This document shows, in pieces, positions 18,881 to 29,514 of a stretch of DNA of 64,000 bases. The stretch covers positions 8,084-72,083 of the forward strand of contig CANRBH010000003.1 in the NCBI GenBank assembly GCA_947628825.1, read 5' to 3'. This stretch comes from an uncultured Clostridia bacterium (lineage in GTDB: Bacteria; Bacillota; Clostridia; TANB77; CAG-508). A program made the translations under genes and the position numbers. The notes below the pieces were generated by a model. It saw only the letters and a list, made by a program, of their open reading frames with translations, did not search any database and was not told the DNA's origin. Each line of letters opens with the position of its first letter. Position 1 is the first letter of the stretch.

Positions 18881-20411
18881 ATGTCTTTTTGGATTAAAAA
18901 TTATAAAGAAAAAAAGAATTTTGAATCTCTTAAAAATAATATAAGTTCGGAGGTTTGTATTATTGGTGGAGGCCTTTGTGGCCTTACTACAGGTTATTAT
19001 TTATCTAAAAAAGGATTAAAAGTTACCATTGTAGAAAAGGATACAATTTGCTCTAAAACTAGTGGCTGTACTACCGCTAAAATTACAAGTCAACACGGTT
19101 TATTCTATGATTATTTAAGTAAATCTTATGGTATCGATTTTGCTAAAGATTATCTTTTAGCAAATGAACAAGCAATTATGAATATTACAAATATTGTAGA
19201 TGATGAAAAAATAAAATGTGATTTATCTAAACAATCTTCTTATGTTTTCTGTGATAAAAAAGATGATTTAAGCTTATTTAATCAGGAAATATCAACATTG
19301 AATCGTATTAAAAATATTAATAATGATTTGAAAAAAAGTCGGTTTTGATTTTGATGCAAAGTTTATAAAAAAACTTGATATTCCAATTAAGAATTATGGT
19401 GGGATTGAGTTTAAAAATCAGGCTATGTTTAATCCTAGAAAATATGCTTTTGGACTTGTTAATTGCATTTTAAAAAATGGTGGTAATATTTATGAAAATA
19501 CAAAGGCTACTAATATTAAGTTTAAAAGCGGTTTTTATTATATAACTGCAAATGGAAGAACAATAAAATCAAAATATGTAGTTCTTGCAACACACTTTCC
19601 AATTAAAAATTTTCCCGGCATGTATTTTCTTAAAATGTATCAAGACATTTCTTATGTTATTGCTGTTAAAACTAAATCAAAAGTTTTTGATGGTTACTAT
19701 GTAAATGAAAGTTCTCCTAATATATCTTTTAGAAATGTATATGAGAAAAATGGTGAAAATGTTGTTCTTATTTCTGGAAATGGTCATAAAGTTGGTAGAG
19801 CTATTTCAGATAAAGACAGTTATAAATTTTTAGAAGATATTGCGAAAAAATTATTTGGAAATTATGAGCTTTTAAATAAGTGGTCAACTCAAGATTGTAT
19901 AAGTTTGGATAAGCTTCCCTATATCGGTAATTTTTCAAAAATTCTTCCTAATATATATGTTGCAACAGGATTTAAAAAATGGGGTATGACTTTGTCAAAT
20001 GTATCAGCTAATATTATTGCAGATAAGATTTTAGGAATTGAAAATAAATATGAGTATTTGTTTAAGCCTTCTCGTATAGATGCTTTAAAAAACTCTAAAG
20101 CATTTGGTGAACAAATGAAAGAAACTGTATATTCTATAGCATTAAATAAGTTTAAGATTCCAAAAGAAACAATAAAGGATATTAAAAAAGATAGTGGTAA
20201 AATTGTTATGTTTAATGGTAAAAAAGTTGGTATTTACAAAGATACTGCTGGATATTGTTATATGGTAAAGCCTATATGTACACACTTAAAATGTGAACTT
20301 CAATTTAATCAAAATGATAAAACTTGGGATTGTCCTTGTCATGGCTCAAGATTTAACTACAAAGGTCAAGTTATAAATAATCCTGCTGTATTCGATTTAA
20401 GGAAATTATAA
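18881..20411 (+). pseudogene. FAD-dependent oxidoreductase with a C-terminal Rieske [2Fe-2S] domain, interrupted by a frameshift in an A7 run
   Basis: ORFs 18881..19348 (GxGxxG: IIGGGLCGLTTG) and 19425..20411 (CTHLKC...CPCHGS Rieske motif). The second frame is open back to 19332, and the frames switch inside AAAAAAA at 19331-19337. Confidence 0.7.
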
Positions 20412-20516
20412 CATAAATATTTACGTTTTTAATAAAACTATGGTAATCTGCTTAAAAATGTGATATAATGCGATTATCAATAAATCAATTACGCATTTTT
20501 AAAGGAGGTTTTAAAC

Positions 20517-21047
20517 TTGAAAATTACATCTGATAGTGAAACTTTAGCTGAAAATAAAGTTCTTATACTATATGTTTTAAGTAATGTTAATAAGCCTATT
20601 ACAAGTGATGCTCTTTATAGTATTGTTACTTCTGCTATAGATTTAAATTACTTTTATTTTCAACAGTTTCTTTTAGATTTACTTGAAGTAAAGTATATTG
20701 TAAAGTATAAAAAAGAAGCTCAAGATGTATATGAAATAACTGAGTCTGGTAAAAATACTCTAGATTTAACTTTAGATATTTTACCTGGAATTATTAAATT
20801 AAAAGTTGATACTAATTTTAAAACAAATATGGAATCTTTTGAAAATCAAGAATCTGTAATTGCTGAATATACTCCTAAAAGTGAGAATGAATACGAGATT
20901 GAATGTAAGATAGTTGAAAATGGTGAAATTGTTTTTGAAATAAAAACATATGCATATTCAAGAGAGCAAGCTCAAAATATAGTTGACAACTGGAAAAGAA
21001 ATGCTATAAAGCTATATCCAGAAATGTTACATATATTAACTAATTGA
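20517..21047 (+). CDS. DUF4364-like putative regulator (TTG start)
   Basis: 176 aa. AAGGAGG 8 nt upstream of the TTG. The N-terminal pattern LAENKVLILYVL...PIT resembles the clostridial DUF4364 family, recalled from memory. Confidence 0.5.
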   Translation: MKITSDSETLAENKVLILYVLSNVNKPITSDALYSIVTSAIDLNYFYFQQFLLDLLEVKYIVKYKKEAQDVYEITESGKNTLDLTLDILPGIIKLKVDTNFKTNMESFENQESVIAEYTPKSENEYEIECKIVENGEIVFEIKTYAYSREQAQNIVDNWKRNAIKLYPEMLHILTN

Positions 21048-21226
21048 TATTTAAAATTTTATAGATAAAAATATTATAGTTTGTGCACAATTATAATAAT
21101 AATTTACAATATTATTTATACATTTACGTGCCTTAACTATAATATTTTTATTTATATTTATAATATTTGCTATTCGTAAAGATTCTTTTTTATTTCTTAT
21201 TTTATAATTTTGTGTTTGCAGTATTA

Positions 21227-22507
21227 TTATTTTATTAGATTTACAACCTCATCAATAGTAGCAATTCTTTTTTCTCCTGTCTTAATATCCTCTAATTCTA
21301 CTTTTCCATCTTCTACTTTGTCACCTAATATTGCCATATATGGTGTTCCTAGAATTTTGCAATCTTTTATTTTAGCTCCAAAAGAAATATTTTCTCTATC
21401 ATCTAAAATTGCTTTTCCATTTAGTTTTTCATAAAGTTCTGATGCTTCTTTAGCTTTTTCTTCATTTTCCATTTTGTAGATTATCTGAACTTTATATGGT
21501 GCTAGATCTTTTGGAAGAGCTATTCCTGTTACTTTACCATTTTCATCTTTTAAAACCGAATTTTCATATATTGCTGCTAAAAGTCTTGATACACCGATAC
21601 CATAACATCCCATATAATATGGTTTTTCTTTTCCATCTTTATCAATATATTTTGCATTCATAGTATCTGAATACATTGTTCCTAGTTGAAAAATATGTCC
21701 AAGTTCTATTGATTTTGTTTTCTTAAATTTTGATATGTCTTTAATTCCATATTCTGTTTCCAAGTATTCTTCATAATTTTCTTTTTCTAGAATTTCTGTA
21801 TTTAGGGCAACTTGGGTTTCTTCATCATACAAAATAGTATCTTCACCTATTGGAGAAACTAACATACATTCTTCACTCTTTTTACCTCCCATTGAGCCAT
21901 TATCTGCAACAACTGGTAAGAATTTAAGTCCAACTCTCTCTCCTATTCTTAAATATGCATTTCTTATATTTTTATAAGATTTGTCTAATCCTTCTAAATC
22001 AGTATCAAAGCTATATGCATCCATCATTAAGAAAGATTTTCCTCTTAAAAGATAGCCCCTTGTTCTAATTTCATTTCTATACTTTTCACCTATTTGATAA
22101 TATGTAACTGGCATATGTTTATATGATTTTAATTTTTCTCTTGCAAACTCAACAACCGCTTCTTCAGCTGTTGGAGCAATGCAATATGTTCCCTTATCTG
22201 ATTCTACTGTTAGCATTACACCTTCTTCAATATATTTGTCCCATCTTCCAGAGCTTTTCCACATTGTATCTGGTTGTAAAGTTGGAAGTTGTACTTCTAT
22301 ACATCCTGCTTTATTTAATTCTTCTTCTATAATTCTTTCTAGATTTCTTTTTACAAGCATTACTATATTACCATAAGCATATACTCCTGCACCATATTGA
22401 ACTAATTGTCCTGATTGTAATAAAATGTCTTGTGCAGGATACATTTCATCTAAATTGTTTACTCTCATTGTTCCTATTCCTGATTGTGATAATTTCATTT
22501 TTTTCAT
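21227..22507 (-). CDS. proS: proline--tRNA ligase, short form lacking the bacterial INS editing domain
   Basis: 426 aa. Class II motif 2 YRNEIRTRGYLLRGKSFLMMDAYSF and motif 3 GCYGIGVSRLL. Only about 60 aa lie where the INS domain normally sits. Confidence 0.75.
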   Translation of the reverse strand: MKKMKLSQSGIGTMRVNNLDEMYPAQDILLQSGQLVQYGAGVYAYGNIVMLVKRNLERIIEEELNKAGCIEVQLPTLQPDTMWKSSGRWDKYIEEGVMLTVESDKGTYCIAPTAEEAVVEFAREKLKSYKHMPVTYYQIGEKYRNEIRTRGYLLRGKSFLMMDAYSFDTDLEGLDKSYKNIRNAYLRIGERVGLKFLPVVADNGSMGGKKSEECMLVSPIGEDTILYDEETQVALNTEILEKENYEEYLETEYGIKDISKFKKTKSIELGHIFQLGTMYSDTMNAKYIDKDGKEKPYYMGCYGIGVSRLLAAIYENSVLKDENGKVTGIALPKDLAPYKVQIIYKMENEEKAKEASELYEKLNGKAILDDRENISFGAKIKDCKILGTPYMAILGDKVEDGKVELEDIKTGEKRIATIDEVVNLIK

Positions 22508-22515
22508 TCCTTTCC

Positions 22516-23148
22516 TTATTTATTGTTATTTTCATTTTCTTTTTTTATATTTTCGCCATCTTCAACTTTTTCTTTATCTATTTTATCATTTTCTTCAACT
22601 AATTCATCAATAACAACTTGTCTATTACTGTCAAGTTTATATTTCGGTAGTTCTGGTAAATCTTTAAGTGATTTTAAGCCAAACATTTTTAAAAAGTCCG
22701 TTGTTACTCTATATGTCATCGGTTTACCCGGCAAGTCAGCTTTTCCTGATTGTTCTATTAGATTATATTCTAATAATCTATACATAGTACCACTAGAATC
22801 AACACCTCTTATCATATCAATATCAGCCTTTGTGCTTCTTGGATTATATGAAAGTATGGCTAAAACTTCAAGTGATGCTTGTGAAAGAGTTGGTACCACT
22901 CTTTTATCAAAAGCTGGATATAAATACTCATGATATTCTTTTTTGGATGCTAATTGATATCCATCTTCAACTCTAACAATTTCTAATCCTCTATTCTCTC
23001 TAGCATAATCTTCATCCAGTTCACCTACATATTTAATTATATCATCAGAACTTAATTCCAAAATAGTCATAAGCTCTCTTATCTTTACTATTCTCCCGGT
23101 TGAGAATAGTATAGCTTCTATTACTCCCTTTATTTTCTCTCTATCCAT
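22516..23148 (-). CDS. scpB: segregation and condensation protein B
   Basis: 210 aa. N-terminus IEAILFSTGRIV... and LEVLAILSYNPRSTKADIDMIRGV are typical of ScpB. Confidence 0.8.
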   Translation of the reverse strand: MDREKIKGVIEAILFSTGRIVKIRELMTILELSSDDIIKYVGELDEDYARENRGLEIVRVEDGYQLASKKEYHEYLYPAFDKRVVPTLSQASLEVLAILSYNPRSTKADIDMIRGVDSSGTMYRLLEYNLIEQSGKADLPGKPMTYRVTTDFLKMFGLKSLKDLPELPKYKLDSNRQVVIDELVEENDKIDKEKVEDGENIKKENENNNK

Positions 23149-23338
23149 TACTTACCTTCTATTTATTTTTCTTAGATATCTATTTCTTTAGTGTATTTAT
23201 TTTACCACTTTTTTATGGTTAATTTCAATACTTTTATGTTATTTTAATATTATGTTGCAACTAACTATAACATATTTTTGCGTTATTTATTGATTTATTT
23301 TTTCTAATATGATAATATTTTTTTAGGTTGGTGATATT

Positions 23339-23506
23339 ATGGAAGAAAAAAAAGATAATCAAAACAAAAAAATAGAGATTGTTAAAGGAAAATCAAAAGA
23401 TTTAAAAATCTCTGATGTTAAAGATAATTTAACTTTTGAAGTTCATAAAAATGATGCTAGAAAAAATGGTGAAATTGTAATACCAGAAAATAAGAAGAAC
23501 AATTGA
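23339..23506 (+). CDS. small lysine-rich hypothetical protein (55 aa)
   Basis: Manual ORF MEEKKDNQNKKIEIVKGKSKDLKISDVKDNLTFEVHKNDARKNGEIVIPENKKNN, with GGTGAT 4 nt upstream. It falls below the ORF-track cutoff. Confidence 0.3.
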   Translation: MEEKKDNQNKKIEIVKGKSKDLKISDVKDNLTFEVHKNDARKNGEIVIPENKKNN

Positions 23507-23541
23507 TTTTGTTATATTCTAGAATAAAAGAACAGCTGATT

Positions 23542-24453
23542 TTATATTTCAGCTGCTCCTATTATTCCTGCATCATTTTTTAGTTTTGCCGATACTAATT
23601 CATATTTAGTATCTTTATTAAATATATATTTTTTTAAATTTTCTTTTAGTCTTGGAAGGAATATATCTCCATAGTATGAGAAACTTCCTCCAAAGCATAT
23701 TGCTTCTGGTTCAAAAATGTTTATTATATTAGCCAAGCCAATACTTACGTTGTCTAAATATTCAGTAACTAGCTTTTCTACCTCTTTCTTACCAATATTT
23801 TCTCTAATATATTTTTGCATTTCATCTGATTTAATATTTTTATCTAGTTTTAGTTTCCTTATTGCTTCTTTTTTAAATCTTTTCATTGATGCAAATGTCT
23901 CAAAACATCCCCTATTTCCACAATTACATTCTATTCCATTTTTATCAATTATCATATGTCCTAGTTCAAATCCAGGATTCCTTTTAGGTTCTAATAATTC
24001 TCCATTTAAAAATACTGCGCTCCCTACTCCTGTTCCAATACATAGAAATATGCAATCATCATATTTTTTTAAAGCACCATAATTTTTCTCAGCATAACCC
24101 GCACATTTTCCATCATTTTTTAATTTTATTTTTGCAGAATATTTTTCTTCTAATATTTTAGCAATTTCAAATTTTTTGATATGCAAGTTTACTGTATTCT
24201 TTATTGCTGTTTCCGTAGGATTTCCTGGAACAGCAATACCAATCTTAGAAATGTCTCCTATTTCGTAATCATTTTTTATTAGTAAGTCATTTATTTCACT
24301 TTCAATAGTATCTAAAATAAATTTTTGTGCCTGCTTTTCTGTTTTTATAGATTTTATCTCAACATCTCTTATTTCTTTTGCTTTTAAATTACCGTTTTTT
24401 TCAATAATACCTGTTGCAATATGACTTCCACCTATATCAATTCCTATCTTCAT
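23542..24453 (-). CDS. ROK family glucokinase
   Basis: Start trimmed to MKIGIDIGGSHIA (TAGGAGA 6 nt upstream). ROK zinc motif CNCGNRGCFETFAS. Confidence 0.8.
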   Translation of the reverse strand: MKIGIDIGGSHIATGIIEKNGNLKAKEIRDVEIKSIKTEKQAQKFILDTIESEINDLLIKNDYEIGDISKIGIAVPGNPTETAIKNTVNLHIKKFEIAKILEEKYSAKIKLKNDGKCAGYAEKNYGALKKYDDCIFLCIGTGVGSAVFLNGELLEPKRNPGFELGHMIIDKNGIECNCGNRGCFETFASMKRFKKEAIRKLKLDKNIKSDEMQKYIRENIGKKEVEKLVTEYLDNVSIGLANIINIFEPEAICFGGSFSYYGDIFLPRLKENLKKYIFNKDTKYELVSAKLKNDAGIIGAAEI

Positions 24454-24455
24454 AT

Positions 24456-25802
24456 CTATTCTCCTAATACTGCTGAGAATAAGAATGTTCCCATATAAAC
24501 TTGGATACAAGGTACTAGTACAACTACAGTTATGAATATTAGTAAAACTCCAACCAAACTGTACATAATCTGAGGTAAAACTTTTATAATTCTTTGTAAA
24601 ACGACATCAATATCCATCTCCATAAAATCAATCAATTTTTCCATCATTGTTGATAAATCAGTTTGCATACCAATTTTAAGCATTTCTACGACCATTATAC
24701 TAGCAAGTCCTGATTCTTCAAAAGGCTTAACCCATGATTCACCAGCAATTATATTATTTATTGATGATTCTATTACAGAAAGCATAACATAATTTTTTAC
24801 TACACTTTTACTAACTTCCAATGATTCTTGTATTCTCATACCATTTCTTAAGTTTAAAACCATCGCCTTGCATAATCTAGAAAAATCTATATCAAAAATC
24901 AATTTTCCAAAAATCGGCATTTTATATTTAAAATAATCCCAATTATATCTTCCTTTAGGCGTTTTTATATATAAGATAAGGGCTGTAATTATAACAGCTA
25001 ATATTAATACTGGAATGTACCACACATTTTGCAGCGAATTTAAAAACTCTGAAAAAGCAAGTGTTATTGCTGGTAGTTCTTCTTTACTTCCTATCTTTGT
25101 AAATACGTCTTGTATAATTGGTACAATAATAACTGTTCCTAATATTAAAAGTATAAATAAAAATATAAATTGTGCTATATTAGGTATCAATATAGATTTT
25201 ATTTTTTTAGTTAAGGCATGAGATGATTCAAGATATTCAACTGCCTGTTTTAGTGATTCTTCTAAAGAACCAGAAAGCTCTCCAACTTTTATAAGATTTA
25301 TATATATATATGGGAATATATCTGAATAATATTCCATAGTTGTGTACATATAGTTTCCACTTTCAACTCCTGCTTGAATATCTTCTAATATTCCTCTTAG
25401 AGTTGAATTTTCAGTAGATTCAACTAATGTAGAAAGTGCATGAACATTATTAAATCCTGCCCTTTTAAGTAAATAAAAACTTTGTGTGAATATTACTAAA
25501 TCTCTATTTGTAATCTTCTGTTGCAAAGATAACAACATATTAAGCCTTTCCTGTGGTGTAAGCTTTCTTGTATTAGCTTTAGCTATATTAGCAGAATTAG
25601 CAATTTTCATTAATTCATCTGAATTTGAAATTTTGTTTCTACTTGCTCTTTGTGATTTTCCAAAACTAGTTTGAATAATATCTATAGGTGTCATATCATT
25701 GGCTTTTAATCTTTTAACTAAATTTTGTTTACTTTTTTCTGTAATTCTGCTTTTTACCATTATTCCATTTCTATCAACAGCTTTATATATATACTCCGGC
25801 AT
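24456..25802 (-). CDS. pilC: type IV pilus platform protein PilC (GspF family)
   Basis: 448 aa polytopic protein with duplicated GspF-like halves, in a cluster with pilB and pilT. Confidence 0.8.
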   Translation of the reverse strand: MPEYIYKAVDRNGIMVKSRITEKSKQNLVKRLKANDMTPIDIIQTSFGKSQRASRNKISNSDELMKIANSANIAKANTRKLTPQERLNMLLSLQQKITNRDLVIFTQSFYLLKRAGFNNVHALSTLVESTENSTLRGILEDIQAGVESGNYMYTTMEYYSDIFPYIYINLIKVGELSGSLEESLKQAVEYLESSHALTKKIKSILIPNIAQFIFLFILLILGTVIIVPIIQDVFTKIGSKEELPAITLAFSEFLNSLQNVWYIPVLILAVIITALILYIKTPKGRYNWDYFKYKMPIFGKLIFDIDFSRLCKAMVLNLRNGMRIQESLEVSKSVVKNYVMLSVIESSINNIIAGESWVKPFEESGLASIMVVEMLKIGMQTDLSTMMEKLIDFMEMDIDVVLQRIIKVLPQIMYSLVGVLLIFITVVVLVPCIQVYMGTFLFSAVLGE

Positions 25803-25839
25803 TTTTTGCTCCTTTCTTCGAAACGGTCTATATCATAGA

Positions 25840-26970
25840 CTAGAATCCAGATTGTGAAGACATTCTATTATTCATTTCTTCTTTTTTCATTCTTAGTTGC
25901 ATTATTGTTCTATTTAGTATTTCAATGTTTTTCTCTTCTACTTGAGCTTTTGCTTGTTCTAATGTTATTACATCATCAACATACAATTGTGCTAAAGCAT
26001 TTATGGCGCCTATACTTCCATTTCCTGAAGAACTTTGTATTGCATCTTCTATTTCAGAAACACTTAATTTATCTTTTCTAATAATACCTGCTATAATGTT
26101 ATCAACTACCATAACTTCTGGAATTAAAGTAAGTGTTCCTCTTTTGTTTTTTATAAGTCTTTGTGAAATAACAAGCTTTAATAATGATGCTATTAAGTAT
26201 TTTATTGTTGCTTGATCTCTTACTTCATAAAAGTTTATCATTCTATCAATTGTTTCTGCACAAGATTTTGTGTGTAAAGTTCCTAAAACTAAGTGTCCTG
26301 ATTCTGCAGTTTCTATCGCAGCATCTAGTGTTTCTTTATCTCTTATCTCTCCTATTACTAAGATGTCACAGTCTTCTCTTAAAGAGTTTTTAGTTCCTAA
26401 ACTATATGCTGGCATATCACCACCAGCACCTACTTCTTTTTGTATTATAACTGATTTTTTTGATGTATGCTTGTACTCTACTGGGCTTTCTAATGTAAGT
26501 ATTTTTCTGTTTTGATTTTCATTTATATAATTTATTAAAGCATTTAAAGTGGTTGATTTTCCAGAGTTTGTTTTTCCTGTAACAAGTATTAAACCTTGTG
26601 GTTGTAACGTCATTCTTCTTACTATATCTGGAACTCCCAAATCTTCATACTTTGGCAATTCATTTCTAATTAATCTAGTAGTAATAACTGGAACTCCTCC
26701 AGAATAAGAAACATTTATTCTTAAACGGATATCACCAAATTCTTCTGAACAATCTAATACTTTTTTTTCTCTAAAACTTTTGTCTTTTTCTACATTTCCT
26801 TTTAAGAAGAAGTCATATATTTCCCACATATCATCATCAGTAATTACATCATACTCTTCTAATGTAATTAATTCTCTATTTATTCTTAAAATAGGTTTTA
26901 ATCCTGATACAAAGTGAGCATCAGAAGCTCCTTGTTCTTTTGCCTTTTTTAAAATTTCATCAACATTCAT
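25840..26970 (-). CDS. pilT: type IV pilus retraction ATPase PilT
   Basis: 376 aa. Walker A GKTNSGKSTTLNAL, plus LVIGEIRD and GHLVLGTLHT. Confidence 0.85.
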   Translation of the reverse strand: MNVDEILKKAKEQGASDAHFVSGLKPILRINRELITLEEYDVITDDDMWEIYDFFLKGNVEKDKSFREKKVLDCSEEFGDIRLRINVSYSGGVPVITTRLIRNELPKYEDLGVPDIVRRMTLQPQGLILVTGKTNSGKSTTLNALINYINENQNRKILTLESPVEYKHTSKKSVIIQKEVGAGGDMPAYSLGTKNSLREDCDILVIGEIRDKETLDAAIETAESGHLVLGTLHTKSCAETIDRMINFYEVRDQATIKYLIASLLKLVISQRLIKNKRGTLTLIPEVMVVDNIIAGIIRKDKLSVSEIEDAIQSSSGNGSIGAINALAQLYVDDVITLEQAKAQVEEKNIEILNRTIMQLRMKKEEMNNRMSSQSGF

Positions 26971-26993
26971 TATATTCTTTCCTTTCGTAAATT

Positions 26994-28619
26994 TTAATAG
27001 AATAGTAGTTTATCATTAAGTTCTTCTAAAGTGGTAATTCCATCTACTACTTTTTGAATGCCATCCACTACAAGTGGTTTATAGCCTTGTTCTAGTGCTT
27101 TATCTCTAATTTGTATAGAAGAGGCATTTGAAACAATAAGATCTTTTATCTCATCTGTTACAATTAAAGTTTCAAAAATACCTATTCTTTCGTAATAGCC
27201 ACTATTGTTGCAGTAACTACATCCTACTGCATCATAAGTAACCTTATTATCTACATCAAAGTTAACATTGTATTTGCTTCCTATTTTATTTATTATGGCT
27301 TTTTCTTCATCACTAAATGGTCTTTCTTTTCTACATTTTGGACATAATTTTCTTACTAATCTTTGTGAAATTGCTGTTGCTAATGTACTTGATATATCAT
27401 AATTTGATATATTTAATTTTCTTAATCTAGATACAACTTCAATTGCATTTAAAGTGTGTATAGTGGTTAATACATAGTGACCTGTCTGTCCAGCTTGCAT
27501 TGCTATCTCTGCTGTTTCTTGATCTCTTATCTCTCCGACAAGTATAATATTAGGGTCTTGTCTTAAAACAGTTCTTAATGATTCTGCGAATGTATTTTTT
27601 GGATCTATTTCTATTTGATTTAATCCAGGTATTCTTATTTCCACTGGGTCTTCAATTGTAGTAATATTTATATCTTCTTTATTTAATAAGTCTATTACAC
27701 TGTATAATGTTGTAGTCTTTCCTTCTCCAGTAGGTGCTGCAATTACTGTTATACTATTTCTTTTATCAAAAGCATCTTTTACTAATTTTTCATCATTAGG
27801 AAATCCTAGTTCAAACAATCCTCTAATTGTTGTATTTTTCTTTAATAATCTTAGAACGAATTTCTCACCATAAATATTTTTTTGTGAAGATACACGAATA
27901 TTATAATCTGGATACATTATAATTCTACCATCTTGTGATTCTTGTTTTTCCATATGCATATTTGATATTGCTTTTAATCTACCTATTATTTGGGTTTGCT
28001 TATCTTTATCAATGTGTGCAACGTCAAAAAGTATACCATCTATTCTGTACCTTATTCTTATATCTTGCTCTAATGGCTCAATATGAATATCACTTGCTCT
28101 TTGCTTCATTCCAGCTTTTATAATATTATCAACAAGACTTGAACCATTTGCATCTGTATTTATTGATTCTGTTGAAACATTATTTAATTCTTCTAAAACA
28201 TCTAAAATATTTTGTTTAAAAGTAATATACGGTACCATTACTAATCCTTTATTTAACATTAGTAATCTTACAGCCTCAATTTCACTTTTATTTATAGTAT
28301 TTGCAAAACATACTTTTATTTCTCCATTTGATACTTCAAATGGAATTGCCAAATATTTTTCTGCTAAATCCAAAGAAATATAACTACTTACATTAATCTT
28401 AATATCACTTGTACTAAATAATATAGTTTTTTCTTCTAGTATTTCCCCTAGTGCATTTAATAACTTTTGAGGTTCTACTATATTTAATTTATAAATTATA
28501 TCTCCTATTTTTTCCTTTGGATTATTTTTTTGATATTCTATTGCTCTTACAATATCATCTTGTGATACAATTCCCTTTTTTACTAATTCAATTCCCAAAG
28601 CCTGTCTATTTGATGCCAT
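26994..28619 (-). CDS. pilB: type IV pilus assembly ATPase PilB (GspE family)
   Basis: 541 aa. APTGEGKTTTLYS, ILVGEIRD and GHYVLTTIHT motifs, with a tetracysteine CPKC...CSYC. Confidence 0.85.
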   Translation of the reverse strand: MASNRQALGIELVKKGIVSQDDIVRAIEYQKNNPKEKIGDIIYKLNIVEPQKLLNALGEILEEKTILFSTSDIKINVSSYISLDLAEKYLAIPFEVSNGEIKVCFANTINKSEIEAVRLLMLNKGLVMVPYITFKQNILDVLEELNNVSTESINTDANGSSLVDNIIKAGMKQRASDIHIEPLEQDIRIRYRIDGILFDVAHIDKDKQTQIIGRLKAISNMHMEKQESQDGRIIMYPDYNIRVSSQKNIYGEKFVLRLLKKNTTIRGLFELGFPNDEKLVKDAFDKRNSITVIAAPTGEGKTTTLYSVIDLLNKEDINITTIEDPVEIRIPGLNQIEIDPKNTFAESLRTVLRQDPNIILVGEIRDQETAEIAMQAGQTGHYVLTTIHTLNAIEVVSRLRKLNISNYDISSTLATAISQRLVRKLCPKCRKERPFSDEEKAIINKIGSKYNVNFDVDNKVTYDAVGCSYCNNSGYYERIGIFETLIVTDEIKDLIVSNASSIQIRDKALEQGYKPLVVDGIQKVVDGITTLEELNDKLLFY

Positions 28620-28643
28620 AATATCTCCTTTCTTTTAACATTT

Positions 28644-29090
28644 TTACCAATACCTTAAAACATATTTTATTGTTTTTGAGTAATTAGGATTATCTACATC
28701 TTTTCCAGTTGCTATACTTACTTCAATTACAGTTTTGTTATTTTCAATACCTTGTTTTGCAGTAAAAGATACTATATTAACTGCAATTTTTTCTTTATCT
28801 TTATATATTGCTTTTTCTGAAGGCTTGTAAGTATAGTTTGTACCACTTTCAAAAGATATAACAGTTTCTTCATCCTTGGTTTCAATGTTTACCTTTCTAC
28901 TTTCTTTAACATCCTTTACAAAATTAACATTGAATTTATTAAATTCTTCTGAGCTAATGCTGTTTGAGTCGATATTATCTAAATTACCAAATATATAACT
29001 ACTTAAATAAGCCAAAAGTGCAATGGTCACTGAAAACATAATTATATACATTATTAGAGCTATTAAGGTTATTCCTTTTTCTTTCTTCAT
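28644..29090 (-). CDS. pilin-like protein (minor pilin candidate)
   Basis: N-terminus MKKEKG/ITLIALIMYIIMFSVTIALLAYL, that is a basic leader, a Gly, then a hydrophobic helix. Confidence 0.6.
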   Translation of the reverse strand: MKKEKGITLIALIMYIIMFSVTIALLAYLSSYIFGNLDNIDSNSISSEEFNKFNVNFVKDVKESRKVNIETKDEETVISFESGTNYTYKPSEKAIYKDKEKIAVNIVSFTAKQGIENNKTVIEVSIATGKDVDNPNYSKTIKYVLRYW

Positions 29091-29094
29091 TTTA

Positions 29095-29514
29095 CTACTC
29101 TCTTACCTTTATTTTATTCATTGGAAAAGTTACTTCATTTCCTCCTATGTTATATACTACTGTGATGTTTATCATTTTTAGTAAATCTTCTTCTACTCCT
29201 GATTTTTCCGCGTAATTTGTTAAAGAATATTCAACATGGCTACTATTTTTTTCTTCATTAAAATATTCAGTCATTTTTGCTTCTTCAATCATTTGTTCTA
29301 TTCTATCTTCAGTAATATTTTCATAGTTTTCTAAATCAATTTTTTCAAATATTTCGGTAATACAACCAGTTGCAACTTGATGAACTTTTGTTGAAACAGT
29401 TGTTACAAAGATTTGATAATATATATTTACAACTAAGGCACTTGCTAATACAAATATAATTAATCCTCCAACAATATCAATACCAGTTGCTCCCTTTTCA
29501 TTACTTTTTTTCAT
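29095..29514 (-). CDS. pilin-like protein (minor pilin candidate, divergent)
   Basis: N-terminus MKKSNEKG/ATGIDIVGGLIIFVLASALVV. Translationally abutted to pilD. Confidence 0.4.
   Translation of the reverse strand: MKKSNEKGATGIDIVGGLIIFVLASALVVNIYYQIFVTTVSTKVHQVATGCITEIFEKIDLENYENITEDRIEQMIEEAKMTEYFNEEKNSSHVEYSLTNYAEKSGVEEDLLKMINITVVYNIGGNEVTFPMNKIKVRE

Noticed and set aside
21069-21151. Long imperfect AT-rich inverted repeat between the DUF4364-like gene and proS
   Set aside because: Its position between convergent genes and its composition fit an ordinary bidirectional terminator. Unlike 12735-12823, it has no distinctive core.
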